Assembly (NCBI GenBank): GCA_017940185.1
Contig: JAGAZE010000036.1
Span: forward strand, 11,308-75,307
Origin: Bacteroidaceae bacterium
Lineage (GTDB): Bacteria; Bacteroidota; Bacteroidia; Bacteroidales; Bacteroidaceae
Length of the DNA: 64,000 nucleotides
Direction of reading: 5' to 3'
Positions within the stretch are counted from its first letter, which is position 1. Each line of letters starts with the position of its first letter. The position numbers were made by a program, and so were the translations under genes. The notes under the pieces are model-generated. The model was given only the letters and a program-made list of their open reading frames with translations, searched no databases and had not been told where the DNA came from. Below, piece after piece: positions 19,282 to 29,553 of the stretch.

Positions 19282-19953
19282 TTAATGTTTCACCCTTTTA
19301 TATTTTGGGAACCTTGCCACTGGTTTGAAGAACTTGCTTTCGTAGATGTCTGATGGCATCCAGCATGTTATTTCGTATGCAGGGATATTGAAGTGGTGTT
19401 GTGGTGGTCCCACCAACGGACGGCCTGCCTTCTCGTATGCATATATAACAAGTTCGGTGCAGTACATCTTTGTGGTGTCCTCGTTGTTGTAGTCGTGGTC
19501 GAAGAGTGTTTTTTTGTGGTATATCCTCAATGCCACTTCCGCAGCCTTGTGTCCTATCTGTGCATCGCGTGGACGCGTTATCTCTCCTTTGAATGCATTT
19601 TCTTTTGCGAAGAACTTTTCGGGAGTTTCCATTTTCACCCTGTCGGGGTCGCCTTCGTAGTCAGGTTCGCCTGGTACGGCATGCACCACCATGAGTGTTC
19701 CTGCCGAGTCGACGACGATGCCGCAGTGGGAATAGCCGCCGTTGGGATCGGCTTCGAGGACTGCTGAGGACATGATTCCTCCTCCGAGCCTGTACAAGAC
19801 ATCTCCTTCGCGCAACTGTACACCCTTAGGCATCAGGGTGGAATTGGGATTGATAATTACCACTTTATGCTTATCACTCTTTTGGCCTTCCTTGCAGGAT
19901 AGCATAAACAGTAGCGATAGTAGCAATAGGGAGGTAAGTTGACGATGGCGCAT
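19282..19953 (-). CDS. YiiX/YebB-like permuted NlpC/P60 cysteine hydrolase lipoprotein
   Basis: LREGDVLYR, YSHCGIV, VVHAVP, FDHDY, MYCTELV (His precedes Cys, i.e. permuted); lipobox MLSC; TACCTTTG at 19979-19986. Confidence 0.82.
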   Translation of the reverse strand: MRHRQLTSLLLLSLLFMLSCKEGQKSDKHKVVIINPNSTLMPKGVQLREGDVLYRLGGGIMSSAVLEADPNGGYSHCGIVVDSAGTLMVVHAVPGEPDYEGDPDRVKMETPEKFFAKENAFKGEITRPRDAQIGHKAAEVALRIYHKKTLFDHDYNNEDTTKMYCTELVIYAYEKAGRPLVGPPQHHFNIPAYEITCWMPSDIYESKFFKPVARFPKYKRVKH

Positions 19954-20139
19954 GTGCGTATAATGATGCTTTGCTGTGCAAAGGTAAAGCATTTTTTTTA
20001 AACCCCCGCGCTAAAGGAAAGAAAAAAAGCGAGCGAGAAGGGTTTAGAATAAAGGCATCCGCTTTTTTCTTTTCCTTGCGCGAAGTAAGATTATGAAAAA
20101 AATTATCTTGGTGGTAAGTCTGGTTTTTGTTGTTGTGTG

Positions 20140-20709
20140 TTATTTCTGTTTGTTGTATTCTTCTGCAGTTTCGCACAGTTGTTGGTACCACTGCTTGGAG
20201 AATCGTCGTGTGAGCGGTTTGCGCAGAAACTGATAAAGGCGTATTTGCTGTTGTTGTCCATATTGTCGTGCATCTCTGCAAATGTGCCACTGGTGGTATT
20301 GCAGTCCTATGTTTCCGTTTCTGAGTTTTACTTCGCGTATGGGATATAGTTCGCAGCTGATGGGTTTTTGCAGTTGTGGTGTATGTTTTTCAATGGCGCA
20401 CAGACAGCATCCGTTTTCATGGCATGTGAATACGCAGTCTTTTCCGTTGACGATGGATGTCACGCGGTCTCCTTCTTGGTCGGTGTAGGCTATGCCTTGC
20501 TGTTGTATGATTTGTTGCGCATCGTCGGCGAGGTGTGGCAGCAGTTGTGGCAGGTGTTGTTGTATTGTCAGTTCTTCATCTTGTGTGACGGGTGCTCCGG
20601 CATCGCCATCTATGCAGCATTGTCCTCGGCATTGCTGCAGATTGCAGCAGAAAAACTCGGTGAGTATTTCTGATGTGAGGAGCACGTTGTCGATTTGCAG
20701 GAGTGGCAT
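20140..20709 (-). CDS. DUF3109 family Cys-rich protein
   Basis: FCCNLQQCRGQCCIDGDAGAP, CLCAIEK, KPISCELYPIR, LTRRFSKQWY. Confidence 0.82.
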   Translation of the reverse strand: MPLLQIDNVLLTSEILTEFFCCNLQQCRGQCCIDGDAGAPVTQDEELTIQQHLPQLLPHLADDAQQIIQQQGIAYTDQEGDRVTSIVNGKDCVFTCHENGCCLCAIEKHTPQLQKPISCELYPIREVKLRNGNIGLQYHQWHICRDARQYGQQQQIRLYQFLRKPLTRRFSKQWYQQLCETAEEYNKQK

Positions 20710-20778
20710 ATGTGTGTGTTGGTTGTTGGGGCGCTATAGGATTGCGCTGCAATGAACGATGGTGGGTGGCTGGTGGGT

Positions 20779-22998
20779 TTATTCTGCGATGATGAGGTCG
20801 ATTTGTCTTTTTTCGATGTTGGCTGCTGCGACTTGTATTGTGATGGCATCGCCGAGTTGGTATGTGTGGTGACGGCGGCGGCCTACCAGACGGTAGTTTT
20901 TCTCGTCGAAGTCGTAGTAGTCGTCTTTCAGTTGGCTCATGGGCACCATTCCTTCGCAGTGATTGTCGTCGATTTCGCAGTATATGCCGTAGGGTTGTAT
21001 TCCGCTGATGTGCGCTTGGTAGGTGTTTCCTATCTTGTCGGCCATGAATTCCACCATTTTATATTTTATGCTTTCCCTTTCGGCGTTGGCTGCTATTTGT
21101 TCCATGTCGCTGGCGTGCTGGCATAGTGTTTCATATTCATCAGCGTTGGCCGATGGTGCTCCTTTCTGATACTGCGTGAGCAGCCGGTGTACCATGGTGT
21201 CGGGATAGCGTCGTATGGGCGATGTGAAGTGTGTGTAGTAGTGGAATGCGAGTCCGTAGTGTCCGATATTGTGTACGCTGTATTTTGCTTTCATCATTGC
21301 CCGGAGTGCTACTGTCTCTATGAGTCGCTGTTCGGGTTGGTCGTGGCATTGGTCCATGAGGTTATTGAGGCTTTTGGATAGTGCTTGTGCGGAGCCTGCC
21401 GTTTTTATTTTGTATCCGAATGGCCGTATGAATTGTCGTAGCGTCTCGAGTTTTTCGGGGTCGGGTTTGTCGTGTATGCGGTAGGGCAGTGTTTTTGGTT
21501 TTGTGCGTCGTTGGCCTTGTGTGTTGTCTTTTGGTTTTCCTATGCTTTCGGCCACTGTTCGGTTGGCGAGCAGCATAAACTCTTCTATGAGCTTGTTGGC
21601 GTCTTTGGATTGTTTGAAATAGCAGCTTACGGGTTTTCCCTTGTCGTCGGTGTCGAAGTGTAATTCTTCCCTTTCAAACTTGACGGCTCCGTTGGCAAAT
21701 CGTTGTTTGCGCAGTGCTTTTGCGATGGTGTCGAGCACGATGAGTTGCGGGGCGTATTCGCCTTGGTATGCCTTGGCGGCGGGTGCTGGGGTTCCTGTGC
21801 CGTCTACCACTCCGTTTTGTTCCAGTATGTGTTGCACTTCTTCATAGGTGAAGCGTCGGTTGCTTCTTATGACGGTGTGTGCCAAGTGCCAATGGCAGAT
21901 ATTGGCGTCTTTGTCGATATGGAACACGACGCTGTAGCACAGTTTGTCTTCGTCTGGCCGCAGTGAGCAGATGTTATTGCACAGTTTCTCGGGCAGCATG
22001 GGTATGGTTCTGTCGACGAGGTATATGCTTGTTGCTCTGCGTTGCGCTTCTTTGTCGATGATGGAATTGCGTTTCACGTAGTGTGACACGTCGGCAATGT
22101 GTACGCCGACTTCATAGAGTTGGGTGTCGTCGGTGGTGTTGATAGGTTTTATCGACAGTGCGTCGTCGAAGTCTTTGGCATCTTTGGGGTCGATGGTGAA
22201 TGTTATCGTGTCTCTGAAGTCTTCTCTTTCTGCGAGGTCTTGCTCTGTTATTTCAGCAGGTATTTTGTCGGCAGCCTGCTCCACTTCTTTCGGGAATCGG
22301 TAGGGCAGGTTGTATTTGGCCAGTATGGCGTGCATTTCAGTGTTGTTGTCGCCTGCGGGACCGAGGATGTCGACCACTTCTCCTACCATATTCTTTACGG
22401 TGTCTGACGGCCATTGTGTGACTTTGACGAGTGCTTTGTCTCCCGATTTACCCTTTTTGAGTTTTCGTGCGGGTATGATGATGTCGTGCGCGTAGGTGTC
22501 GCTTTGTGTGGAGAGGAATGCAAAGTCTTGCTCGACATGGAGTATTCCCACGAAGGTCTCTCTGGCTCTTTCGAGCACTTTGGTGACGACGGCTTCTCTC
22601 ACGTGTTTTTTTCGTCTTGCCATTAGTGTAGCCTGTACTCTGTCGCCGTCGAGTGCGAAGCATGAGTTGCGCTCGCTCACGAAGATGGGTTGCTGCTGTC
22701 CGTCGGCCACAAAGGAGTTTTTGCCGTTGGCCTTGCGGTGGAATATGCCTTCCATCACCTGCCCTCTTTGGTTGAGCTGGTAGGTGTCGTGTGCTTTTTT
22801 GAGCAGGAAGTCGTCCCATGCCAAGTCGTCCATGATGGCGTGGGCGTTGAGTTTCTGCGGGTGTGTATTGAGTTTGAGTTGTCTTGCCACGTCTCTCAGT
22901 GTGAGTGGCGTGTCGGGGTTGGCAAGGAAGAGTTGCTCTATAGCCTGCTCCATGCGCTGGGCTGTCATGCGCTGCTTGTTTTTTTTCTGTTTTGCCAT
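20779..22998 (-). CDS. rnr: Ribonuclease R
   Basis: FTIDPKDAKDFDDALS, VHIADVS, IEEFMLLAN, HFTSPIRRYPD, C-terminal S1 domain. Confidence 0.95.
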   Translation of the reverse strand: MAKQKKNKQRMTAQRMEQAIEQLFLANPDTPLTLRDVARQLKLNTHPQKLNAHAIMDDLAWDDFLLKKAHDTYQLNQRGQVMEGIFHRKANGKNSFVADGQQQPIFVSERNSCFALDGDRVQATLMARRKKHVREAVVTKVLERARETFVGILHVEQDFAFLSTQSDTYAHDIIIPARKLKKGKSGDKALVKVTQWPSDTVKNMVGEVVDILGPAGDNNTEMHAILAKYNLPYRFPKEVEQAADKIPAEITEQDLAEREDFRDTITFTIDPKDAKDFDDALSIKPINTTDDTQLYEVGVHIADVSHYVKRNSIIDKEAQRRATSIYLVDRTIPMLPEKLCNNICSLRPDEDKLCYSVVFHIDKDANICHWHLAHTVIRSNRRFTYEEVQHILEQNGVVDGTGTPAPAAKAYQGEYAPQLIVLDTIAKALRKQRFANGAVKFEREELHFDTDDKGKPVSCYFKQSKDANKLIEEFMLLANRTVAESIGKPKDNTQGQRRTKPKTLPYRIHDKPDPEKLETLRQFIRPFGYKIKTAGSAQALSKSLNNLMDQCHDQPEQRLIETVALRAMMKAKYSVHNIGHYGLAFHYYTHFTSPIRRYPDTMVHRLLTQYQKGAPSANADEYETLCQHASDMEQIAANAERESIKYKMVEFMADKIGNTYQAHISGIQPYGIYCEIDDNHCEGMVPMSQLKDDYYDFDEKNYRLVGRRRHHTYQLGDAITIQVAAANIEKRQIDLIIAE

Positions 22999-23035
22999 AG
23001 TTGCTTAGGAGTATGATAGTGGAAGCAAAGGTATG

Positions 23036-23068
23036 AAAAAGAGTCGGACTATGGTTGTTCCGACTCTT
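23036..23068 (-). terminator. Rho-independent terminator after the oxidoreductase beta subunit
   Basis: aagagtcgga / tccgactctt stem plus U tract; rnr promoter TACCTTTG at 23026-23033 follows. Confidence 0.75.
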
Positions 23069-23106
23069 GTTATTTTGTTTCCGTGTCGCGTGGGCATTGT
23101 GTGTTG

Positions 23107-24114
23107 TCACTTCACTTCCCAGATATCGTTGGTTTCGAGCAGTTCTTCGAAGTTGTGATACTTTTTCTTCTGCTTCACATCGTCTATCTGTACGTAGATG
23201 GCTGTGTCGTAGGTTGGTGCTTCCACGTCTCTGATTACTCCGAGCGCCACGGGGAATCCGTCTTCGACCTGCATCATTGCCAGTTTGAGCTGCAGTGTGT
23301 TGTCTTCGCAGTGTGCATCATGCGTGAGAATATCGTCCAGTGTGTAGCCGTCTTTTCCTATCTCCACCACTTTAAGGTTGAATCCGTCTTGTACAAGTCC
23401 GTACTCATTGTTCTCTCCGAAGACGAGTTTTTCTCCGTGTCGCACGTAGATGGCGTTTTTCTTTCTTCCCTCCTTCGTGTAGATGGCGTCGTGTGTGTGG
23501 TCGTTGAAGATGACACAGTTTTGCATTATCTCGCATACGGCTGCCCCTTTATGCTTGTAGGCTGCCTTTAGGATGTCGATGGTCTCGGGTGCGTCGGTGG
23601 CCACGGACCGTGCGAAGAATCTTCCTCGTGCTCCGAAGCAGAGTTCGGCGGGTCGGAAGGGGTCTTCTACTGTGCCGTAGGGGGAGGACTTGGATACGAA
23701 TCCTCGCGGCGAGGTGGGTGAGTATTGTCCTTTTGTGAGTCCGTAGATGCGGTTGTTGAGCAGAATGACATTGATGTCGATGTTTCTTCTCATGGCGTGA
23801 ATGAAGTGGTTGCCTCCTATTGCGAGTGCGTCGCCGTCGCCGGACACTTGCCATACGCAGAGTTCTGGGTTGGCTATCTTGGCTCCGGTGGCGATAGCGG
23901 CAGCGCGGCCGTGTATGGTTTGCATGGCATAGGTGTTGACGTAATAGGGCAGTCGGCTTGAGCATCCTATGCCTGATATGACAGCCATCTGATGGGGTGG
24001 CACTCCCACTTCGGCCATTGCTTTGTGCAGCGATGCGAGGAAGAAGTGGTCGCCGCAACCGGGACACCAACGGGGTTGTCCTTTCTTATAGTCTTGTGCT
24101 GTGTATGTGTTCAT
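23107..24114 (-). CDS. korB: 2-oxoacid:ferredoxin oxidoreductase beta subunit
   Basis: RWCPGCG, SGIGCSSR, GDGD TPP motif, NNRIYGLTKGQYSPT; substrate not determinable from sequence. Confidence 0.92.
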   Translation of the reverse strand: MNTYTAQDYKKGQPRWCPGCGDHFFLASLHKAMAEVGVPPHQMAVISGIGCSSRLPYYVNTYAMQTIHGRAAAIATGAKIANPELCVWQVSGDGDALAIGGNHFIHAMRRNIDINVILLNNRIYGLTKGQYSPTSPRGFVSKSSPYGTVEDPFRPAELCFGARGRFFARSVATDAPETIDILKAAYKHKGAAVCEIMQNCVIFNDHTHDAIYTKEGRKKNAIYVRHGEKLVFGENNEYGLVQDGFNLKVVEIGKDGYTLDDILTHDAHCEDNTLQLKLAMMQVEDGFPVALGVIRDVEAPTYDTAIYVQIDDVKQKKKYHNFEELLETNDIWEVK

Positions 24115-24135
24115 GGTCTTGTGTGCTCCTTTCTT

Positions 24136-25986
24136 TTATTGCTCTATAATGTGTCGGAAGGCTTCTACCAGGTCTTTCACCTGGAAGGGTTGTCCCTTCA
24201 CTTCGTTGTACTGATAGGGTACGAATCCGTTGATTTTTCCTTTCAGGTAGGCGGCAAACTGCCCGAGGTTCTGTTCGGCCACTACCACCTTTTTGTACTT
24301 CTTGAGCACTTCGGCGGTGTTTTTCGGCAGCGGGTTGATATACTGGAAGTGAGCATGTGCCACTTTCATTCCCTTTGCTCTGAGTTCCTCCATCGCCGTG
24401 TAGAGGTGTCCGTAGGTGCTTCCCCATCCTACGATGAGCAGTTCGGCATCGTCTTTGTCGCCTGCCACTTCGAGTTCGGGCACCGGTATGCGCGCCACTT
24501 TCTCCGCTCTTTGTCGGCACATGTGGTCGTGGTTGTCGGGATCGGTGCTGATGGCTCCCGTCTTCTCGTCCTTCTCAAGTCCTCCGAGTATGTGGGTGTA
24601 TCCCTCCGTGCCAGGTGCTGCCCAATAGCGTGCCAGCGTTTGCGTGTCGCGCTGGTAGGGCGTGTAGTTGCCCTTCATGTCGGCTGTGGCGTAGTGTGGG
24701 TGGATGTCTGGCAGTTCGCTCATCTTTGGCAGTTTCCATGCTCCCGATCCGTTTGCCACAAAGGCATCGGTGAGGAGAATCACTGGAGTGAGATGCTCGA
24801 GGGCGATCTTTGCGGCGGCATAGACGGCGTCGAAGCAGTTGGTAGGGCTTGTTGCTGCAATCACTGGCATGGGGCTTTCTCCGTTGCGTCCGTAGAGCAC
24901 CTGCAGCAGGTCTGTCTGCTCGCTCTTTGTGGGCAGTCCTGTTGAGGGACCTCCGCGCTGCACGTCGATGATGACGAGTGGCAGTTCGTCGATTACTGCC
25001 AGGTTGATGGCTTCGCTTTTCAGGCATATGCCCGGTCCCGAGGTGCTCGTGGCGGCGAGTGCTCCTGCGAAGGCTGCTCCTATGGCTGTGGAGCAACCAC
25101 TGATTTCGTCTTCACACTGCATGGTGACGACTCCCATCGACTTATGCTTGGAGAGTTCGTGCAGTATGTCCGTGGCCGGAGTGATGGGGTACGACCCTAA
25201 GAAAAGGCGCAATCCCGCCTTCTCGGCAGCTGCCATCAGTCCGTAGGCCGTTGCCTTGTTGCCGGTGATGTCCATATAGCGGCCCGTCTCCTTGTGCTTG
25301 GAGTCAATACGGTATGTTGCAGGCACGCTGGAGTGGGTGTTGTGGCCGAAGTGGTATCCGGCGCGCACCACTTTCATATTGTTTTCAGCCAGTTCGGGTT
25401 TTTTGGCAAACTTCTCATTGAGGTAAGTCTCCACCAATGCGAGGTCGCGATGGAATAGCCAGCACACCAGTCCGAGTGCAAACATGTTACGGCACTTGAG
25501 AATGGCTTTGTTGTCCATACCCGAATCGGCAAGGCACGACTTCACCATCGTCGTCAGAGGGCATGCCACGACGCGGTCGGTGTCGATGCCCATCTCTGCG
25601 AGATAGTCGGGAGTTTTAAATTCCGCTTTCTTCAGGTCGTTAGGCCCGAATGCATCGGTATCGATGATGATGGTGGCCTGTGGTTTGGCATACTGGTATT
25701 GCGTTTTCAGTGCTGCGGCATTCATTGCCACGAGCACATCGCATAGGTCGCCAGGTGTGTAGACCTTTCCCTCTCCGACGTGCACCTGAAAGCCGCTCAC
25801 ACCTGTGAGCGATCCTTGCGGAGCCCGTATATCAGCGGGATAGTCTGGAAAAGTCGATATACTGTTACCTACGGTTGCAGAGATGGTGGAGAAGATGTTT
25901 CCTGCCAGCTGCATTCCGTCGCCGGAGTCGCCCGAGAAGCGTATTACAACTTCTTCGAGGCCCTTCACTTCTAATTGTTCGGCCAT
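24136..25986 (-). CDS. korA: 2-oxoacid:ferredoxin oxidoreductase alpha subunit (gamma-alpha fusion)
   Basis: SGDSGDGMQLAG, YPITPATD, EDEI, QRGGPSTGLPT, GWGSTYG. Confidence 0.92.
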   Translation of the reverse strand: MAEQLEVKGLEEVVIRFSGDSGDGMQLAGNIFSTISATVGNSISTFPDYPADIRAPQGSLTGVSGFQVHVGEGKVYTPGDLCDVLVAMNAAALKTQYQYAKPQATIIIDTDAFGPNDLKKAEFKTPDYLAEMGIDTDRVVACPLTTMVKSCLADSGMDNKAILKCRNMFALGLVCWLFHRDLALVETYLNEKFAKKPELAENNMKVVRAGYHFGHNTHSSVPATYRIDSKHKETGRYMDITGNKATAYGLMAAAEKAGLRLFLGSYPITPATDILHELSKHKSMGVVTMQCEDEISGCSTAIGAAFAGALAATSTSGPGICLKSEAINLAVIDELPLVIIDVQRGGPSTGLPTKSEQTDLLQVLYGRNGESPMPVIAATSPTNCFDAVYAAAKIALEHLTPVILLTDAFVANGSGAWKLPKMSELPDIHPHYATADMKGNYTPYQRDTQTLARYWAAPGTEGYTHILGGLEKDEKTGAISTDPDNHDHMCRQRAEKVARIPVPELEVAGDKDDAELLIVGWGSTYGHLYTAMEELRAKGMKVAHAHFQYINPLPKNTAEVLKKYKKVVVAEQNLGQFAAYLKGKINGFVPYQYNEVKGQPFQVKDLVEAFRHIIEQ

Positions 25987-26141
25987 TGTGTTAGTATGTT
26001 TGTTGTAGTGTGAGTTGTTGATATTGTGTGTGGCGTGTGCCTGAAATCGCGTGCAAATGTCTTAATTGTTTTTTGCATGCAAAAATAATTCCACAATCTT
26101 TTACGTTTTGCTCTGGGAGGGGTCATCGAGTCAATGGCTTT

Positions 26142-27806
26142 TTAGTATTTGAACGACGAGCCTCCCACAAATTCTCTCAGCAGTGATGTCTGCGGCAGTT
26201 GCTGTTGGCTGATGGGTGCTATATATTTAAGGAATTTGGCCAGTCGGTGTGCTTCGCTGTACTGTGGTGAGTTTTCCGGCACTTGCTGCAGCAGTGGCAG
26301 TGCTTGTTGTCGTATTACTCCGAGTTCGTAGATCATGGCGCTGTTGAACATGGCGTCGGCATTTTCCTGGAATGGAAAGATCCATTTGTTTTCTCCGTTT
26401 CTGACGCTTGGCCATCTTTTGAGGGTTTCTTCTGCTGTTGTTCCTCTGTATTTATGGTCTCGTATGATGCGTCTCAGCAGTCGGTTGTCGGTAGTAGGGA
26501 TGTAGTTGTGGTAGTCGAGGAGTATGGTTGTGAGTGCCGAGGCGTAGATGCGGTATTTGATGTTGTCGTCGATTTCGGCAGTGAGTTGCGGGTTGAGTGC
26601 GTGTATTCCTTCGAGTATGAGTATTTGGTTTTCTTTGAGTTGCAGTTGTTTTCCGTTGTTTTGGCTTTTTCCGGTGTGGAAGTTATATTTGGGCAGTTGT
26701 ATTTTTTCTCCGTTGAACAGTTGTTGCAGTTGTTGGTTGAGCTGTTTGAGGTTGAGTGCGTAGAGGCTTTCGTAGTCGTAGTCTCCGTTTTCGTCTCTTG
26801 GTGTGAGTGTTCTGTCGACGAAGTAGTCGTCGAGCGAGATGGCTATGGGTTGTATTCCGTTGCAGAGCAGTTGTATGCAGAGTCGTTTTGTGGTGGTGGT
26901 TTTTCCTGATGAGGATGGTCCTGCAATGAGTACGAGTTTGGTATTTTTTCTTTGTGCGATATCTTCTGCTATATTTGCAATTTTTTTCTCTTGCAGTGCT
27001 TCCGAGAGATTGACGATGTCGGTTGCTTTTCCTTGTGCGACAGCTTCGTTGAAGTCGCCTATGGTTTCAATGTGTAGCAGGTCTTGCCATTTGTGGTGTT
27101 CTTTGAAGATGTCGAACATTTTGTCTTGTCTGATGACGGTTCCGAGTTGTTGTGGGTTGTTGCGTGTGGGTATTCGCAGCAATATTCCGTCGTAGTATTT
27201 TTCGAGTCCGAAGTTTGTGATTTGTGCGGTGTTGTTGAGCAGTGGTCCGTAGTAGTAGTCGGCATAGTCTCCTATCTGGTAGTATGTGGTGTAGAGGTTT
27301 CCGAGCGTTCTCAGCAGTTTTACTTTTGTTTTTGTAGTTTTTTTATTGAATTGCTGTATGGCTTCTTCCATGGTGCAGTCGTGTCGCTGTATGTTTATTT
27401 GTGCATCTATGATGTTTTTCATTTGCTGCTGTATGCGTTGCACATCTTGTAGCGACACTGTTTTTCCTATTCTGAGGTCGCAGTAATATCCGTTGCTTAT
27501 CGGCGTGTCGATGCGCACGTATCCGTTGGGGAACAGGTCATTGACGGCTTTGCTTAGTATGAAGAAAAGGGTGCGTGTGTATACGCGCATGCCTTCGGCG
27601 GATGTGATGTCGAGGAATTCTACATCTTTGTTCTGATAGACTCTGAATGCCATTCCCCTAACCTTATTGTTGACTTTGGCACACAGCGGCGGCAGTGTCA
27701 TTTGGCATTGCGAGGCGTCGTAGATATCAGAAAGTGAACTTCCGATGGGGATGTTTAATATGTTATTTGTATTTTTGCACCTGATTTTGATAATTTCGTG
27801 TTGCAT
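26142..27806 (-). CDS. udk: Nucleoside (uridine) kinase with N-terminal ThrRS-like domains
   Basis: P-loop AGPSSSGKTT, ISLDDYF, LEGIHALN, SLLREFVGGS; start reset to MQHEIIKIRC (554 aa). Confidence 0.88.
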   Translation of the reverse strand: MQHEIIKIRCKNTNNILNIPIGSSLSDIYDASQCQMTLPPLCAKVNNKVRGMAFRVYQNKDVEFLDITSAEGMRVYTRTLFFILSKAVNDLFPNGYVRIDTPISNGYYCDLRIGKTVSLQDVQRIQQQMKNIIDAQINIQRHDCTMEEAIQQFNKKTTKTKVKLLRTLGNLYTTYYQIGDYADYYYGPLLNNTAQITNFGLEKYYDGILLRIPTRNNPQQLGTVIRQDKMFDIFKEHHKWQDLLHIETIGDFNEAVAQGKATDIVNLSEALQEKKIANIAEDIAQRKNTKLVLIAGPSSSGKTTTTKRLCIQLLCNGIQPIAISLDDYFVDRTLTPRDENGDYDYESLYALNLKQLNQQLQQLFNGEKIQLPKYNFHTGKSQNNGKQLQLKENQILILEGIHALNPQLTAEIDDNIKYRIYASALTTILLDYHNYIPTTDNRLLRRIIRDHKYRGTTAEETLKRWPSVRNGENKWIFPFQENADAMFNSAMIYELGVIRQQALPLLQQVPENSPQYSEAHRLAKFLKYIAPISQQQLPQTSLLREFVGGSSFKY

Positions 27807-27845
27807 GACGTATAAGTTTAAAGATCGGAGGCAAAGGTAGTGAAT

Positions 27846-29540
27846 ATGTTGATAGCATTCAAACTTTTCGGTTCTCTTGCGCTGCTGATGTTTGGTATGA
27901 AGGCCATGAGCGACAGTCTGCAGAAGTTGGCTGGTCCTCAGTTGCGCCACATTCTCGGTGCGATGACCACCAATCGTTTCACCGGTGTGCTGACCGGCAC
28001 GTTTGTGACTGCTGCCGTTCAGTCGTCCACTGCCACGACACTGATGACGGTGTCGTTTGTGAACGCTGGTTTGCTGGCATTGCAGCAGGCGATAGCTGTG
28101 ATTATGGGTGCACATATCGGCACCACGGTGACGGCATGGATTATGTCGTTGGGCTTTTCGCTCAACATCACCAATGTGGTCTATCCTGCCTTTTTCTTTG
28201 GCATCATCCTTATCTACATAAAGCGCCGCCGCATTATCGGCGATTTGCTTTTCGGTCTGGCGTTTCTCTTTTTGGGTCTTGCCACGCTGAAGGAGACGGG
28301 CTTTGCCTTGCTCGACGATGCCGACACACGCGATGCCATCACTTCCTTTTTCAGCCACTTCAACACTGCCGACGTGCTCACTTCGCTGCTCTTCTTGCTT
28401 GTGGGCACTTTGCTGACGGTGTGTGTGCAGTCGTCGGCTGCCATCATGGCCATCACGATGATGCTATGCTCGACGGGTGTGCTCCATATAGAACAGGGTG
28501 TGATGTTGGTATTGGGCGAAAACATCGGCACCACCATCACTTCAAACATTGTGTCGCTGAGTGCCAACACGCAGGCGCGCCGTGCTGCATTTGCACACTT
28601 CACTATTAATGTAATAGGTGTGGTGTGGGCGTTGCTGCTCATTCGTCCTTTTTTTGAGTTGGTGTGCTCCATTGTGGGTTTCGACAACACCCTGCAACCG
28701 TCGTCTCCCTCGTTTGCCGTGAAGGCTTCGGTGTTGCTGGCCACATTCCACTCGGCCTTCAACATTGCCAACACGTCATTGCTGATTTGGGTGGTTCCTC
28801 AGATAGAGCATTTTGTGACGTGGGCTATCCGAACGCGCACTAATGAGGATGAAGATTTCGGTTTGCACTTCATCCAGAGCGGTATCATGAAGACTCCGGA
28901 ACTCTCTGTGCTGGAGGCGGAGAAAGAAATCACTGCCTTTGCGGACCGCATACAGCGCATGTTTGGATTTGTGAAGGACATGTTGCTGGAAGAAGATAAG
29001 GCTAAGGCTAAGCAGCTATACGAACGGATAGAGAAATATGAAAACATCTCTGACAACATGGAGCTGGAGATTGCGAAATATCTCGACAATGTGAGCAATG
29101 CCCACCTCTCCGACGAGACGAAGCAGAAAATACGGGCCATGCTCAGGGAAATTTCGGAGATAGAGAGTATTGGCGATGCTTGCTACAACATAGCACGCTC
29201 AATCAACCGCAGAAATAAGGATAGCGAAACTTTTACCACCCAACAGCAACACAACTTGCTCCAGATGATGGATCTCACCGATCAGGCACTCACGCAGATG
29301 AACAACAACTTGCAGGGGAAGCGTGAACAGCTGGACAGCCACACCTCATTTAATATAGAGAACGAGATAAACAACTATCGCTCGCAACTGAAGGCTCAAA
29401 ACATTATTGACCTCAACGAACACCGCTACTCATACGGCATCAGCACCATTTACATGGACATTGTGGCTGAATGTGAAAAACTGGGTGACTATGTGGTGAA
29501 TGTGGTAGAAGCGCGCATAGGTCAGAAACAGAAAAATTAA
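27846..29540 (+). CDS. Na+/Pi cotransporter (NptA/YjbB) with C-terminal PhoU-like domain
   Basis: VQSSTATT, MGAHIGTT, VQSSAA, LGENIGTT, EKLGD; alternative GTG start at 27840. Confidence 0.93.
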   Translation: MLIAFKLFGSLALLMFGMKAMSDSLQKLAGPQLRHILGAMTTNRFTGVLTGTFVTAAVQSSTATTLMTVSFVNAGLLALQQAIAVIMGAHIGTTVTAWIMSLGFSLNITNVVYPAFFFGIILIYIKRRRIIGDLLFGLAFLFLGLATLKETGFALLDDADTRDAITSFFSHFNTADVLTSLLFLLVGTLLTVCVQSSAAIMAITMMLCSTGVLHIEQGVMLVLGENIGTTITSNIVSLSANTQARRAAFAHFTINVIGVVWALLLIRPFFELVCSIVGFDNTLQPSSPSFAVKASVLLATFHSAFNIANTSLLIWVVPQIEHFVTWAIRTRTNEDEDFGLHFIQSGIMKTPELSVLEAEKEITAFADRIQRMFGFVKDMLLEEDKAKAKQLYERIEKYENISDNMELEIAKYLDNVSNAHLSDETKQKIRAMLREISEIESIGDACYNIARSINRRNKDSETFTTQQQHNLLQMMDLTDQALTQMNNNLQGKREQLDSHTSFNIENEINNYRSQLKAQNIIDLNEHRYSYGISTIYMDIVAECEKLGDYVVNVVEARIGQKQKN

Positions 29541-29553
29541 GTTTGCCACTCTC

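Noticed and set aside
27807-28358. 738-aa long form of uridine kinase (apparent fusion)
   Set aside because: The extension is the antisense of the Na/Pi transporter, and a promoter lies at 27832-27839
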